Shown: positions 18,266 through 28,484, counted from the first letter of the stretch. The stretch: 64,000 nucleotides of DNA from an uncultured delta proteobacterium (GCA_903907985.1 CAIVQG010000055.1:2725-66724); one strand, 5' to 3'. Numbers and translations: made by a program. The notes: generated by a model not told the origin, from the sequence alone.

Positions 18266-18904
18266 CTATAAATATCCTAAGAGTGTCTCACCTGCCCTGA
18301 CCTTCTGCCCTATTTTAACAGCAATGCGAGAATCTGGCGGCAAATAAACATCGACTCGGGAACCAAAGCGAATCAACCCGAATCTTTCCCCTTTTTTAAC
18401 TGGATCGCCAACCTTAACCCAACAAACAATCCTGCGTGCGATAAGACCGGCAATTTGCACTGCCCAGATCGAAGAACCATTTTCCGTGCGAATCTGTATT
18501 GCATTACGTTCATTGTCACTGGAGGCCTTATCCAGATTGGCAGAAACGAATTTACCCTTGTGATAATTGATTGCCTCTATTTTCCCACTATAGGGAACGC
18601 GGTTGACGTGCACGTTGAAAACATTCATAAAAATGCTTATTTTTTTGAATTTGCCCGTGATAGTATCATTCATCTCTATATCTTCCACCTTAATTACTTT
18701 ACCATCAGCAGGAGAAACGACAACTCCTACTCCTTCGCGGAAATACCGCTCCGGATTACGGAAAAACCAGATGATAAAAAAGGAGATTAAAGCCGACAAA
18801 ACAAGCAGCCAGCAGATTCCTAAAAAGGCAATAAAAACAGTAACAATAAGGGATAAGAGAACAAAGGGATAACCTTCTTGAGCAATAATGCTGTCATGTT
18901 TCAT
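18266..18904 (-). CDS. psd: phosphatidylserine decarboxylase proenzyme (short, Asd-type)
   Basis: The self-cleavage region RFGSRVDV is present. It has an N-terminal TM pair and sits next to pssA. Confidence 0.8.
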   Translation of the reverse strand: MKHDSIIAQEGYPFVLLSLIVTVFIAFLGICWLLVLSALISFFIIWFFRNPERYFREGVGVVVSPADGKVIKVEDIEMNDTITGKFKKISIFMNVFNVHVNRVPYSGKIEAINYHKGKFVSANLDKASSDNERNAIQIRTENGSSIWAVQIAGLIARRIVCWVKVGDPVKKGERFGLIRFGSRVDVYLPPDSRIAVKIGQKVRAGETLLGYL

Positions 18905-19023
18905 AAAGTAATTATCTCTCCTGAAATGAAGGACTCGTTGATATTATAATTAGGTAAGCTTGTCAATATATCTTTAATCTTCTTTAATCTTCATCAATTT
19001 CTCTTCCCACCAATCGGTACTAT

Positions 19024-19052
19024 TTGACTCTTGCCTGCCCAGTCTATATAAT
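19024..19052 (+). promoter_or_regulatory. sigma70-type promoter of the transglutaminase/ABC operon
   Basis: TTGACT at 19024-19029, a 17-nt spacer, then TATAAT at 19047-19052. This lies 37 nt upstream of ATG 19089. Confidence 0.5.
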
Positions 19053-19088
19053 GCTCTCTATCAAATTTATCCCACAGGTGTTCCGCCC

Positions 19089-20561
19089 ATGTCAAAAATC
19101 AAATTGTCATTTGTATGGGGAATTTTCATCACATTCACCTTCTTTACTCTTTTGGCTATTCATCTGGAATTTTTCCGGGACAATCAGGAGCCGTTACCAA
19201 TTGACCAGTCAGCAACTTCAAAGCGTCCGGCCGACACATGGATGAACATTTATCAAAACAACAAAAAGATCGGTGTCGTCCACCGGACTTTTACCGACCG
19301 GGATAAAGGTTTTCACTTTGGCGAAAATGTATCCATGCAGATCAATACTATGGGAGTAACACAGGCGCTCAACATCTCCACAAGAGGCGATCTTAATCCC
19401 GACATGACTGTTTCCTCATTCAATTTTGATCTTACTTCCAGCCTGTTTAGCTTCAATGCCCATGGTTTTGTGGTTAAAAACAAACTAGTCCTTTTTACCG
19501 GCCTGCCCGGCGCCCAGCAGAAAAGCGAAATTCCCCTCAAAGATATACCTCATATAAGCGGCAGCATTTACGACGCCGCTTTTCGCGCTAATCTGGAAAA
19601 AAATACAAGCCGTAGCTTTAACATCTTCGATCCTTCCACTCTGGCAATGCGATCTATAAAAGTCACCCGTAATGCAGATGAAATTATATCTGTCATGGGA
19701 AAACGTATTTTGACACAAAAATACTGTGCTGATTTTATGGGTGCCCAAAATTGCTCCTGGCTGGGTAAAGATGGAGACACTTTAAAAGAAACCAGTATTC
19801 TGGGTCTTTCATTGGAAAAGGTCAGTTCTGAAAAAGCGCAGGAAGGAATAGCGCCGGATGGCAGTATTGATTTTACGCAAATCGCATCGATACCGGCCAA
19901 TATCCAAATTAACGCGCCGGAAATATTAAGCCGTCTTAAAATTAAGATCAGCGGTACTGGCGGCCTTTTATTTCATATGAGTGGTGGTCGGCAAAGCTTC
20001 AGTAAGGATGTTTTAACAATTACCAAGGAACAGATCTCTCCTTCTGTGCGGCAATCAACAGTCAATGACCTTCCGCCAGATATTGCCGTTTTCCTCAAGG
20101 CAACACCTCTGGTGCAAGCTAATCATCCTCAAATGAAAGCACAGGTAGATAAAATTGTTCAGCACAATGACTTGCCCGAACAAAAAGTAAGAAAAATTGT
20201 TAATTGGGTCTATCGTCATGTCAAAAAAAAGCCGGTTTTATCAGTACCGAATGCGCTGGAAGTTTTGCAGAATAAAGTTGGCGATTGTAATGAGCACGCT
20301 GTCCTTATTGCAGCTTTATTGAGAACTGCCGGTATTCCTGCACAAATAGAAACCGGACTTGTATATCTCTCCGGCCGGTTTTATTTCCACGCCTGGAACA
20401 TTGCATATACAGGAAACTGGATTACCGCTGATGCTGTTTTTAATCAATTCCCTGCCGATGTAACTCACATCCGGCTGGTCCGGGGTGAAGGCAGTGAGCA
20501 ATTGGATTTAATCGGCGTGATGGGGAAAATTAAACTGGAAGTTCTGGAGCAGACAAAATGA
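19089..20561 (+). CDS. membrane-anchored transglutaminase-like (Cys-His-Asp) domain protein
   Basis: It has an N-terminal TM segment. The C-terminal core is GDCNEHAVLIAALLRTAGIPA...YFHAWN...DA. Confidence 0.75.
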   Translation: MSKIKLSFVWGIFITFTFFTLLAIHLEFFRDNQEPLPIDQSATSKRPADTWMNIYQNNKKIGVVHRTFTDRDKGFHFGENVSMQINTMGVTQALNISTRGDLNPDMTVSSFNFDLTSSLFSFNAHGFVVKNKLVLFTGLPGAQQKSEIPLKDIPHISGSIYDAAFRANLEKNTSRSFNIFDPSTLAMRSIKVTRNADEIISVMGKRILTQKYCADFMGAQNCSWLGKDGDTLKETSILGLSLEKVSSEKAQEGIAPDGSIDFTQIASIPANIQINAPEILSRLKIKISGTGGLLFHMSGGRQSFSKDVLTITKEQISPSVRQSTVNDLPPDIAVFLKATPLVQANHPQMKAQVDKIVQHNDLPEQKVRKIVNWVYRHVKKKPVLSVPNALEVLQNKVGDCNEHAVLIAALLRTAGIPAQIETGLVYLSGRFYFHAWNIAYTGNWITADAVFNQFPADVTHIRLVRGEGSEQLDLIGVMGKIKLEVLEQTK

Positions 20562-21292
20562 TTCAAGTAAGGGAACTAACCAAGGATTATGGTACTACCT
20601 TAGCTGTAAACAAGCTCAACCTGAATGTTTCTGCCGGCGAAATTTATGGTTTTATCGGCCCCAACGGCGCAGGCAAAACCACGACCATCCGGATGATGGG
20701 TGGCATTCTGGCCCCGACCTCAGGCAGTATTGTCATCGGTGGCCGGGACATGGCCAGAGATCCCGTAGCGGCTAAAAAAATGATCGGCTTCGTGCCCGAC
20801 AGGCCATTTCTCTATGAAAAGCTCACCGGCAGGGAGTTTCTTCATTTCACTGCTGATTTATATGATGTCAGCCCGGAGACTTTTCCAGCCAAAGCGGAAA
20901 CATTGCTGCGACAGTTTGCCCTCTGGGACTGGGCTGATGAACTCATCGAGGCATATTCCCACGGAATGAAACAAAGGCTCATCATTGCATCCGCCCTGCT
21001 CCATGATCCTCAAATATTGATAATTGATGAACCGATGGTTGGCCTTGATCCGGCGGCTGTACATATGGTTAAAGATATTTTTCAGGAACTGGCACGAAAA
21101 CAAATAACCATCTTTGTCTCTACACACACTTTGAGCATCGCGGAAGAATTATGCCAGAGAATTGGTGTAATTCATAAGGGCATGCTGCTGGCGCAGGGTA
21201 CCGTTAATGAATTGCGGCAAATTGCTAAACTTGGTACAGCCCGACTCGAAGAGGTCTTTCTGACAATAACAAAAGAAGATACTTTTTTATGA
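20558..21292 (+). CDS. ABC transporter ATP-binding protein
   Basis: It has Walker A (GPNGAGKTT), the signature (YSHGMKQRL) and Walker B (ILIIDEP). There is an ATGA overlap with the upstream gene. Confidence 0.9.
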   Translation: MIQVRELTKDYGTTLAVNKLNLNVSAGEIYGFIGPNGAGKTTTIRMMGGILAPTSGSIVIGGRDMARDPVAAKKMIGFVPDRPFLYEKLTGREFLHFTADLYDVSPETFPAKAETLLRQFALWDWADELIEAYSHGMKQRLIIASALLHDPQILIIDEPMVGLDPAAVHMVKDIFQELARKQITIFVSTHTLSIAEELCQRIGVIHKGMLLAQGTVNELRQIAKLGTARLEEVFLTITKEDTFL

Positions 21293-22983
21293 AAACAGCA
21301 ATCGCATTAGTAAGACCACGCATTCTATCTGCTATTAATAACTTGCGGCCGGGCAATAATAAAAACGTCTGGATAAGACTCGTTATCTTTGGTTTAATCG
21401 GCCTTCTTTTCTGGGCCGGCACATTTTTCATGTGCTACCGTATTCTGCTTTATTTCCAGGGCGTACAGGACTTCGGCAATATCCTGGCCATGAAACTTCT
21501 TTCCATGATAGTAATGACTTTTTTCGCCCTGCTGATCTTCAGCAATATTATCAACTGCCTTTCCCATCTTTACTTGAGTCGGGACTTGCAGCTGTTACAT
21601 TCCTTGCCTGTTTCCGCCAAAGACATTTTCTTCTCGCGCTGGCTCATCAGTACTTTTGATAGTTCCTGGATGGTCGTTCTCTTCAGCCTTCCCGTTTTTC
21701 TGTCTTACGGCATCATTTACCAGGCGGGTATATTTTTTTACCTGATTGTTTTACTGGCAACAATATTCATGTGCCTGATTACTTCCGCTCTCAGCAGCAT
21801 TTTGGTATTGCTGGGAGCAAAAATCCTACCGGCGGGACGGATTCGAACAATTTTAATTATTCTTGGCGTCATATTAGTTTTGATACTTGTTCTGGTTTTG
21901 CGTTTAACAAGGCCAGAACAACTTGTTAATCCGGATAGCTTCGCTTCGGCTGTTCTTTATTTAAGTTCCCTGCAGACTCCCAGCTCTCCGCTATTACCCA
22001 CCACCTGGATTACCGAGACAATTCAAGCCGCCCTCAACAGTAAATATACAAGCTCGTTATTTAATCTTGCCTTGACCTGCAGCTGCGCCTTTATGTTTAT
22101 TTTCTTTGCCGAGATCATAGCTCAAGCAACCTATTTTACTGGTTTTTCCAAATCACAGACAACTCCCCGACGCCTTTTCGACCCGGTAAAACTCAAAGGT
22201 CTGCACTGGGAAAATCTACTTAATTTTCTCCCCCGAACAGCCAAGGCCTTTGCAATTAAAGAAACTCGGACTTTTTTCCGGGATTCGACACAATGGCCGC
22301 AATTATTTCTAATGGGCGCCTTAATCGTAATTTATCTTTATAATTTTTCGGTTTTGCCTCTGGATAAATCGCCGATAAAAACTATTTACCTGCAAAATTT
22401 ATTTGCCTTTTTAAATATGGGGCTGGCTGCTTTCGTCCTTTCGGCTATTGCCGCCCGGTTTGTATTTCCGGCGGTTAGTATGGAGGGAGCCGCTTTCTGG
22501 ATTGTCCAGGCAGCGCCGGTATCTTTGAAAACTTTTCTGTGGATTAAATATTTTCTTTATTATTTCCCAATGATTATAATGGCGGAGTTGCTTATAGTTG
22601 CCTCCAACTTGCTGCTGCAGGTTTCACCTTTCATGATGTTTTTGTCGATCACAACCATATTCTTTCTTGTACCGGCTGTGGTCGCTCTGGGAATTGGATT
22701 GGGCGCTGTTTATCCTAATTTCCAGTCCGAAAACCCGGCGCAGGTAGTAACGAGCTTTGGTGGTTTGCTTTTCATGATTCTCTGCTTTGCCTTGATTGCG
22801 GTAGTGGTAATTCTGGAAGCCGGACCTGTTTACTATATTTTTATGGCCGGCATCCGCAAACAAAGTCTCACACTATGGCAGGTTGCATGGTTTATTACTT
22901 CCTTCACCATCGCCCTCTTCCTCTGTATATTTGCCATTGTCTATCCCATGCGCCTGGGCGAAAGAAGCCTGCAAATAAAATAA
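21289..22983 (+). CDS. large polytopic membrane protein, putative ABC exporter permease component
   Basis: The 564-aa protein has at least 10 hydrophobic segments. It overlaps the ATPase gene by ATGA. I recognised no other motif. Confidence 0.65.
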   Translation: MKTAIALVRPRILSAINNLRPGNNKNVWIRLVIFGLIGLLFWAGTFFMCYRILLYFQGVQDFGNILAMKLLSMIVMTFFALLIFSNIINCLSHLYLSRDLQLLHSLPVSAKDIFFSRWLISTFDSSWMVVLFSLPVFLSYGIIYQAGIFFYLIVLLATIFMCLITSALSSILVLLGAKILPAGRIRTILIILGVILVLILVLVLRLTRPEQLVNPDSFASAVLYLSSLQTPSSPLLPTTWITETIQAALNSKYTSSLFNLALTCSCAFMFIFFAEIIAQATYFTGFSKSQTTPRRLFDPVKLKGLHWENLLNFLPRTAKAFAIKETRTFFRDSTQWPQLFLMGALIVIYLYNFSVLPLDKSPIKTIYLQNLFAFLNMGLAAFVLSAIAARFVFPAVSMEGAAFWIVQAAPVSLKTFLWIKYFLYYFPMIIMAELLIVASNLLLQVSPFMMFLSITTIFFLVPAVVALGIGLGAVYPNFQSENPAQVVTSFGGLLFMILCFALIAVVVILEAGPVYYIFMAGIRKQSLTLWQVAWFITSFTIALFLCIFAIVYPMRLGERSLQIK

Positions 22984-23059
22984 TTTTCCGGCTGTTTTCA
23001 TTGATTCTGTCGTCTTCTCTATAAAAGCCCCTCCCTCGGAAGTTGATGGCAACAGAAAT

Positions 23060-24415
23060 TTACGGCGGAGCGGCGACCTGAACAGAATGGGGACGGCGGC
23101 GCCGTCTCTTTCTTCTTCGCTTTGCCGGGGCTACATTGTTTGGCTGTTCCGGGCAAACTACTGAAGGGACATTAGAAAGGAAAGCGTCCCACCATTCCAG
23201 AGCGGGTCGATGCTCCCCTCTCGTCACTGCCGATATACGCAGATAGGCTAAAGCATCTGCAAATTCAGGCCTGTTTACCAGGACAGCGGGACGTCGTGGC
23301 GGCATTCTGTGGAGTGAGGGCTGAAAGGCTATGATACGGCGCAGTCGGTCGCCGACCCTTGCCGGCATGCACACAGTCTTGCAGAACTCGTCCCTGAATA
23401 TGGCGCTGGCGTTATCCAGTGCCTGCTGGCGTGGGATACCATCCCGGTGACGGACAAGGGTCTCCTCTTCCAGGCTGGGACCGAAGAGAACCGCAAGAAA
23501 AAGCGCTGGCGAGGAAGGCATTCCACTGTGATATAGATCATCGAGGCATTCAAGGTTTGTCTGCACCAATGTCAAGTGATTACTTTTTTCGTGCATCCAC
23601 TGACTGAACCTGGGGAAAAGGGCGGCAAGGAGTCCGCTGCCGTCCATGAGGCTCAAGACCGGTCGAGCAGATCCAAACTGGAAGAGTTTCAGCAGTTCTT
23701 CGTAAAGTCTCGCCGGTGCAGCGCGGAAAATGTTAGGGGATAGGACGCAGAGGGTCTCCCAGGTGACAGGCTCGATGACGAAATTATGAGACGCGGCAAA
23801 ACGAATCGCACGAAGCATTCGTACCGGGTCTTCCGTGAAACGGACAAAGGGGTCGCCGATGAGACGAATGATCCGCTCCTCGAGATCGCTCAGCCCTGTA
23901 CTGTAGTCAATAACCGAAAAATCTACGATATTGTAAGCCAGGGCGTTGATGGTAAAGTCACGGCGGAGAGCATCCTCCTCCGGGGTGCCAAAGATGTTAT
24001 CCCGGAGAACCATTCCCTCATCGTCCGTTAGGTGACGAGGCAGTTTTTTCCCGAGACCGGTCCCTTCCGTATCCGTATCTGGATCCACTTCATCGGCAGG
24101 GGCAGCAGCACGGAATGTGGAGACTTCAATAATATCGTCCTTAAAGTGGAGATGGGCTAACCTGAAGCGGCGGCCTACGAGACGGCAGTTACGAAAAAGC
24201 CGCTTAATCTGAGCGGGAGTGGCGTTTGTGGCTACGTCGAAGTCCGTGGGGGTTCGCTTCAGGAGCAGGTCGCGTACGCATCCCCCTACGAGGTAGGCGA
24301 TAAAGCCATAGTCGCGGAGTCGGTAGAGAGTGCGCAGGGCATTCGGGTTCACCTGCTTGCGGGATATACTGTGTCCCTTCCGGGAAATGATCAGTGGTTG
24401 CATTGTCTTCACCAT
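23060..24415 (-). CDS. pcnB: poly(A) polymerase I / tRNA nucleotidyltransferase family
   Basis: The segment LYRLRDYGFIAYLVGGCVRDLLLKRTPTDFDVATNATPAQI..LFRNCRLVGRRFRLAHLHF matches the PcnB head domain. The tail is Arg-rich (KRRRKRRRRRP). The gene is clearly GC-richer than its neighbours. Confidence 0.85.
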   Translation of the reverse strand: MVKTMQPLIISRKGHSISRKQVNPNALRTLYRLRDYGFIAYLVGGCVRDLLLKRTPTDFDVATNATPAQIKRLFRNCRLVGRRFRLAHLHFKDDIIEVSTFRAAAPADEVDPDTDTEGTGLGKKLPRHLTDDEGMVLRDNIFGTPEEDALRRDFTINALAYNIVDFSVIDYSTGLSDLEERIIRLIGDPFVRFTEDPVRMLRAIRFAASHNFVIEPVTWETLCVLSPNIFRAAPARLYEELLKLFQFGSARPVLSLMDGSGLLAALFPRFSQWMHEKSNHLTLVQTNLECLDDLYHSGMPSSPALFLAVLFGPSLEEETLVRHRDGIPRQQALDNASAIFRDEFCKTVCMPARVGDRLRRIIAFQPSLHRMPPRRPAVLVNRPEFADALAYLRISAVTRGEHRPALEWWDAFLSNVPSVVCPEQPNNVAPAKRRRKRRRRRPHSVQVAAPP

Positions 24416-24673
24416 AGCACACCCGGTCGAAAAAGCAAATCTTCGGCCACAGGGTCAATTATGAAACACCTTTTGTTTAGCATCCAAAATTATTGGATTA
24501 GAGAGCTAGCACAACATTTCAATTTTGACTTTACAGTTTTCAACTTTTCATTGACGTAAAAGTTCGGTTTCCCTATACTTGCCGCTATAGAAAACAATTT
24601 TTATCAAAGCTAGGCACATGATCCACTCAACCATATAGTTACGGATAAATTCAAATAGCAGGGGGGCAAATCG

Positions 24674-25057
24674 ATGGTTCATCCTTTCGCCGATCTTATC
24701 GGTCTTGTTTTTGAAACGCAGGAACTGGGAATGAGCCTTTGCCGCGTTGACGTCCATGAAAAGTTCTATAATACGCAGTGCGTCGTTCACGGCGCCATTC
24801 TTTACGCCCTGGCCGATACGGGCATGGGCGGTGCCCTGTACCCCCTTCTCGACCCTGGTGAGTACTGTGCCACCGTCGAAATCAAGATCAGTTATTTCCA
24901 GGCGGTGCGTAGAGGCAGCATCGAATGCGCCACCCGACTCATCCATAAAGGTAAGACCATTGCCCATCTCGAATCGGATATTCGGAACGAGGGCCATCTG
25001 GCGGCCAAGGCAAACGGCAGCTTTTCTATTTTCCGGCCCAATCAGGACAGAAAATAA
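24674..25057 (+). CDS. PaaI-family hotdog-fold thioesterase
   Basis: The segment NTQCVVHGAILYALADTGMGGAL...ATVEIKISYF...GKTIAHLESDIRNE is present. I preferred this ORF over the antisense 175-aa ORF. Confidence 0.75.
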   Translation: MVHPFADLIGLVFETQELGMSLCRVDVHEKFYNTQCVVHGAILYALADTGMGGALYPLLDPGEYCATVEIKISYFQAVRRGSIECATRLIHKGKTIAHLESDIRNEGHLAAKANGSFSIFRPNQDRK

Positions 25058-25292
25058 GGAAAGATGACTTTTCAATTATAAAACAATAACATTTTATTTT
25101 TATCTTAAGTATTTCTTAAATATTTTTTTTGAATATTCTCTGGACAATCTAACGATCAGGCAAAGATCAACACGCATATCCGTTGATAATCGCTATAATT
25201 ATGATAAAGAATAATTAATCAATGCTGATGATCACCATAAAAAGAAAAGATTTCTGCGCGTTATATTATATTGAAAGGATAAAAGTGTTTTT

Positions 25293-26276
25293 ATGAAAGT
25301 CCAAAAGCGAAAAGAACGGGTAGCGCTGTTGTCGGTTATTTCTAACAGCGCCCTCGTATCCATGAAACTTATCATTGGCTTGATTATTGGCTCCGTATCC
25401 ATCATTTCCGAAGCGATTCACTCCGGAGTTGATCTGGTGGCCTCGATCATAGCTCTTTTTGCAGTGAAAACATCCAGCAAGCCTGCCGATAAAAATCATT
25501 CTTTTGGTCATGGTAAAATTGAAAACATTTCCGGAACTATTGAAGCACTGCTCATTTTTATTGCCGCCGGATGGATTATCTACGAGGCATTCCAGAAAAT
25601 CAACAAACCGGAACCTCTCGACAATCTGGGGTGGGGCATCGGTGTAATGCTGATCTCCAGTGTGGTTAACATTATTGTTTCCCAGAGACTCTTTAAAATC
25701 GGGCGCGAAACCGATTCGGTGGCGCTGCAAGCTGATGCCTGGCATTTACGCACAGATGTGTATACATCGGCCGGAGTAATGGTTGGCCTTATTTTGATGT
25801 TGTGCGGTCAATGGTTTTTCCCAAACATTAATTTTTACTGGCTGGATTCGGTAGCGGCAATTGTTGTTGCTCTGCTGATTATTAAGGCTGCTTATGATTT
25901 AACCATTCAATCCGCAGGCGACCTGCTCGACGCCAATCTACCGCCAGAGGAAGAAGAATGGATCCACGGGGAAATACTGAAATATGGAGATATCTTTCAC
26001 GGTTATCACCGCCTGCGTACACGCAAAGCCGGACACTTCCGATTTGTAGATTTTCACTTGAAAGTGGAACCACAGATGACGGTTGTTGATTCTCACATAA
26101 TAACGGAAGAAATTGCCAAAAATATTGAAAACAAGTATCCGCATACCAGTGTGACTATTCACGTGGAGCCATGTGATGGAGATTGTGATGAGGATTGTCT
26201 TTCCGGATGTCTGCTCTCGGAAAAGGAACGGTGTGAAATCCAGAATCCTATCAAGGTGGCCCCTCCTGCCATTTAG
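25293..26276 (+). CDS. cation diffusion facilitator (CDF) family metal efflux transporter
   Basis: Motifs SEAIHSGVDLVAS, HSFGHGKIE and ADAWHLRTD are present. The cytoplasmic C-terminal domain has a Cys/Asp-rich tail (EPCDGDCDEDCLSGC). Confidence 0.85.
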   Translation: MKVQKRKERVALLSVISNSALVSMKLIIGLIIGSVSIISEAIHSGVDLVASIIALFAVKTSSKPADKNHSFGHGKIENISGTIEALLIFIAAGWIIYEAFQKINKPEPLDNLGWGIGVMLISSVVNIIVSQRLFKIGRETDSVALQADAWHLRTDVYTSAGVMVGLILMLCGQWFFPNINFYWLDSVAAIVVALLIIKAAYDLTIQSAGDLLDANLPPEEEEWIHGEILKYGDIFHGYHRLRTRKAGHFRFVDFHLKVEPQMTVVDSHIITEEIAKNIENKYPHTSVTIHVEPCDGDCDEDCLSGCLLSEKERCEIQNPIKVAPPAI

Positions 26277-26399
26277 TTTTACTGACATGGGTAAAACAAC
26301 TAAATTTGTCTTGATTTTGCCGGGCGGATGAGTTAAGAAAGCGCGCATTTAAATCAAGCTGCTTTATTGTGATATTATCGGATATTGAAAGGAGCTTTC

Positions 26400-28484
26400 A
26401 TGGCTAAGTACGAATCCAAAACCCTGAGAAATCTGGCAGTTGTCGGTCACGGCGGCACAGGTAAAACATCTCTTTGTGAATCCCTCTTATTTGTCTCCGG
26501 AAAAAGCGAACGGTTGGGTCGAGTCGATGATGCCACCTCGGTTATGGATTATGACCCGGAAGAACAAAAACGGCGCATTTCCATCAGCTCCGCAGTAAAT
26601 TTTATCGAATGGAACAAACATAAAATCACCTTTATCGACACCCCGGGTGATTCCAATTTCGCCTTTGATATAAAATGTTCACTGAGCGTTGTGGATAATG
26701 CAGCTATTGTTATTGACGCTGTCGGTGGTGTGGAATTTCAGACACAAAAAGCTTGGGAATTGGCTGATGAATTCAACCTCCCCCGTATAATTTTCGTGAA
26801 CAGAATGGATCGTGAACGAGCCAACTTCAACAACGTTCTGGATAGTATTAAAGACAAATTTAAGAAAAAGGTGACCCCTGTTTGCCTGCCTATCGGTGCA
26901 GAAAATAAATTTAGCGGCATTATAGATTTGATCGCTTTTAAAGCTTATTTATTCAGCGACAATAAAGGAACCGGTAAAGCAACAGATATCCCTGCCGAAT
27001 TAATGGAAGAAGCTAAAATGTACCGCGATACAATGGTTGAGGATATTGCGGAAGCTGACGATGCCCTAATGAATAAATATCTGGAACAAGGTGAGCTTTC
27101 TCCCGAAGAACTCTATGCCGGATTGAAAAAGGGCGTTGCTTCCGGCAACCTGATTCCACTAATTTGCGGTTCAGCAACAAAAGGGATTGGCGTTTCTTTT
27201 CTGCTTGATCTCGCCGTAAGTTCTTTTCGTTCTCCGGCCGATTGTTTGCCGATGAAAGGTAAAAAACCGGGTACCGATACCATTGAAGAAAGAAAACCGG
27301 AAGAAGATGCTCCCTTCTCCGCAATCGTTTTTAAAACTATCGCTGATCCCTATGCCGGCCGGTTGACGCTGTTCCGCGTATATTCCGGAAAGCTGTCGCC
27401 TGATTCCAGCATTTACAACTCCACAAGGAAAATCACGGAAAAGTTCGGCCATGTATTCTTTCCGGAAGGTAAAAATCAAAAACAAACCGATATTTTGATT
27501 CCCGGCGACATAGCCGGCGTGGCCAAACTCAAGGAAACAGTCACCGGCGATACTCTATGCGCCGAAAAAGCCCCGATAATATTTACCAAGGTGGAAATAC
27601 CCCATCCTATTATGTCGTTTGCCATTGAGCCCAAGACACGCGGGGATGAGGATAAGATTGCTTCTTCCATCCATCGTTTAACGGAAGAAGACCCGGCGAT
27701 TGTTTTTTCCCGCAATGTTCAGACCAAGGAAATGATTCTCTCCGGAATGGGCCAGGTGCACATAGAAGTCAACATCGAAAAGATGAAGAGAAAATTCGGT
27801 GTCGAAGTCAACTTGAATACGCCAAAAGTTCCTTATTTGGAAACCATTAAGGGAAAGACCTCCGGCGTTCAAGGTAAACACAAGAAACAGTCCGGTGGAC
27901 ACGGCCAATTCGGTGATTGTACAATCGACATTGAGCCGCTGCCACGAGGTGCAGGATTTGAATTCGCCGATAAAATCGTCGGCGGGGTTATTCCAGGCCA
28001 ATATCGCCCGGCTGTCGAAAAAGGCATCGTCGAAGCTGCTGCCAGAGGCGTACTGGCCGGTTATCCGGTTGTGGATTTCAAAGTATCATTAGTTTTCGGT
28101 TCCTATCACGCAGTTGATTCATCCGAAATGGCTTTCAAAATTGCCGGATCCCTGGCCTTTCAGAAAGGCATTATGGAATGTCAGCCGATACTGCTGGAAC
28201 CAATCGTCAATATCGATATCGAAGTACCCGACGAATACATGGGAGATGTTATCGGCGATTTGAACAGCCGTCGCGGCCGTGTTCTCGGTATGGACACTAA
28301 TGGTTCTAATCAGGTCATTAAAGGACAGGTACCACTTGCCGAAATCTTAAAGTACGCTCCGGATTTACGTTCCATGACCAGCGGCAGGGGGAATTTCACT
28401 TATACCGAGTCCCACTACGAAGAAGTGCCCGCATATACTGCGGAGAAGATTATTGCTGAATCGAAAAAAGATAAAGAAGAATAG
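26400..28484 (+). CDS. elongation factor G paralogue (EF-G2-like)
   Basis: The G1 motif is VVGHGGTGKTSL, where canonical EF-G has AHIDAGKTT. DTPG and NRMD motifs and all five EF-G domains are present. ATG 26400 follows an AAGGAG SD. Confidence 0.85.
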   Translation: MAKYESKTLRNLAVVGHGGTGKTSLCESLLFVSGKSERLGRVDDATSVMDYDPEEQKRRISISSAVNFIEWNKHKITFIDTPGDSNFAFDIKCSLSVVDNAAIVIDAVGGVEFQTQKAWELADEFNLPRIIFVNRMDRERANFNNVLDSIKDKFKKKVTPVCLPIGAENKFSGIIDLIAFKAYLFSDNKGTGKATDIPAELMEEAKMYRDTMVEDIAEADDALMNKYLEQGELSPEELYAGLKKGVASGNLIPLICGSATKGIGVSFLLDLAVSSFRSPADCLPMKGKKPGTDTIEERKPEEDAPFSAIVFKTIADPYAGRLTLFRVYSGKLSPDSSIYNSTRKITEKFGHVFFPEGKNQKQTDILIPGDIAGVAKLKETVTGDTLCAEKAPIIFTKVEIPHPIMSFAIEPKTRGDEDKIASSIHRLTEEDPAIVFSRNVQTKEMILSGMGQVHIEVNIEKMKRKFGVEVNLNTPKVPYLETIKGKTSGVQGKHKKQSGGHGQFGDCTIDIEPLPRGAGFEFADKIVGGVIPGQYRPAVEKGIVEAAARGVLAGYPVVDFKVSLVFGSYHAVDSSEMAFKIAGSLAFQKGIMECQPILLEPIVNIDIEVPDEYMGDVIGDLNSRRGRVLGMDTNGSNQVIKGQVPLAEILKYAPDLRSMTSGRGNFTYTESHYEEVPAYTAEKIIAESKKDKEE

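Noticed and set aside
18971-18992. A perfect 10-bp tandem duplication (tctttaatct x2.2) in the psd / transglutaminase divergent promoter region. I checked it, and the window generally, for CRISPR-like arrays.
   Set aside because: There are only two units with no spacers, far too short for a CRISPR array or a meaningful satellite. It could at most be a minor slippage duplication. I saw no repeat-spacer array anywhere in the window.
24548-25075. A 175-aa minus-strand ORF covering the same DNA as the thioesterase gene.
   Set aside because: The plus-strand frame gives a recognisable PaaI hotdog-fold protein. The minus-strand product has no motif and looks like a GC-rich shadow ORF.
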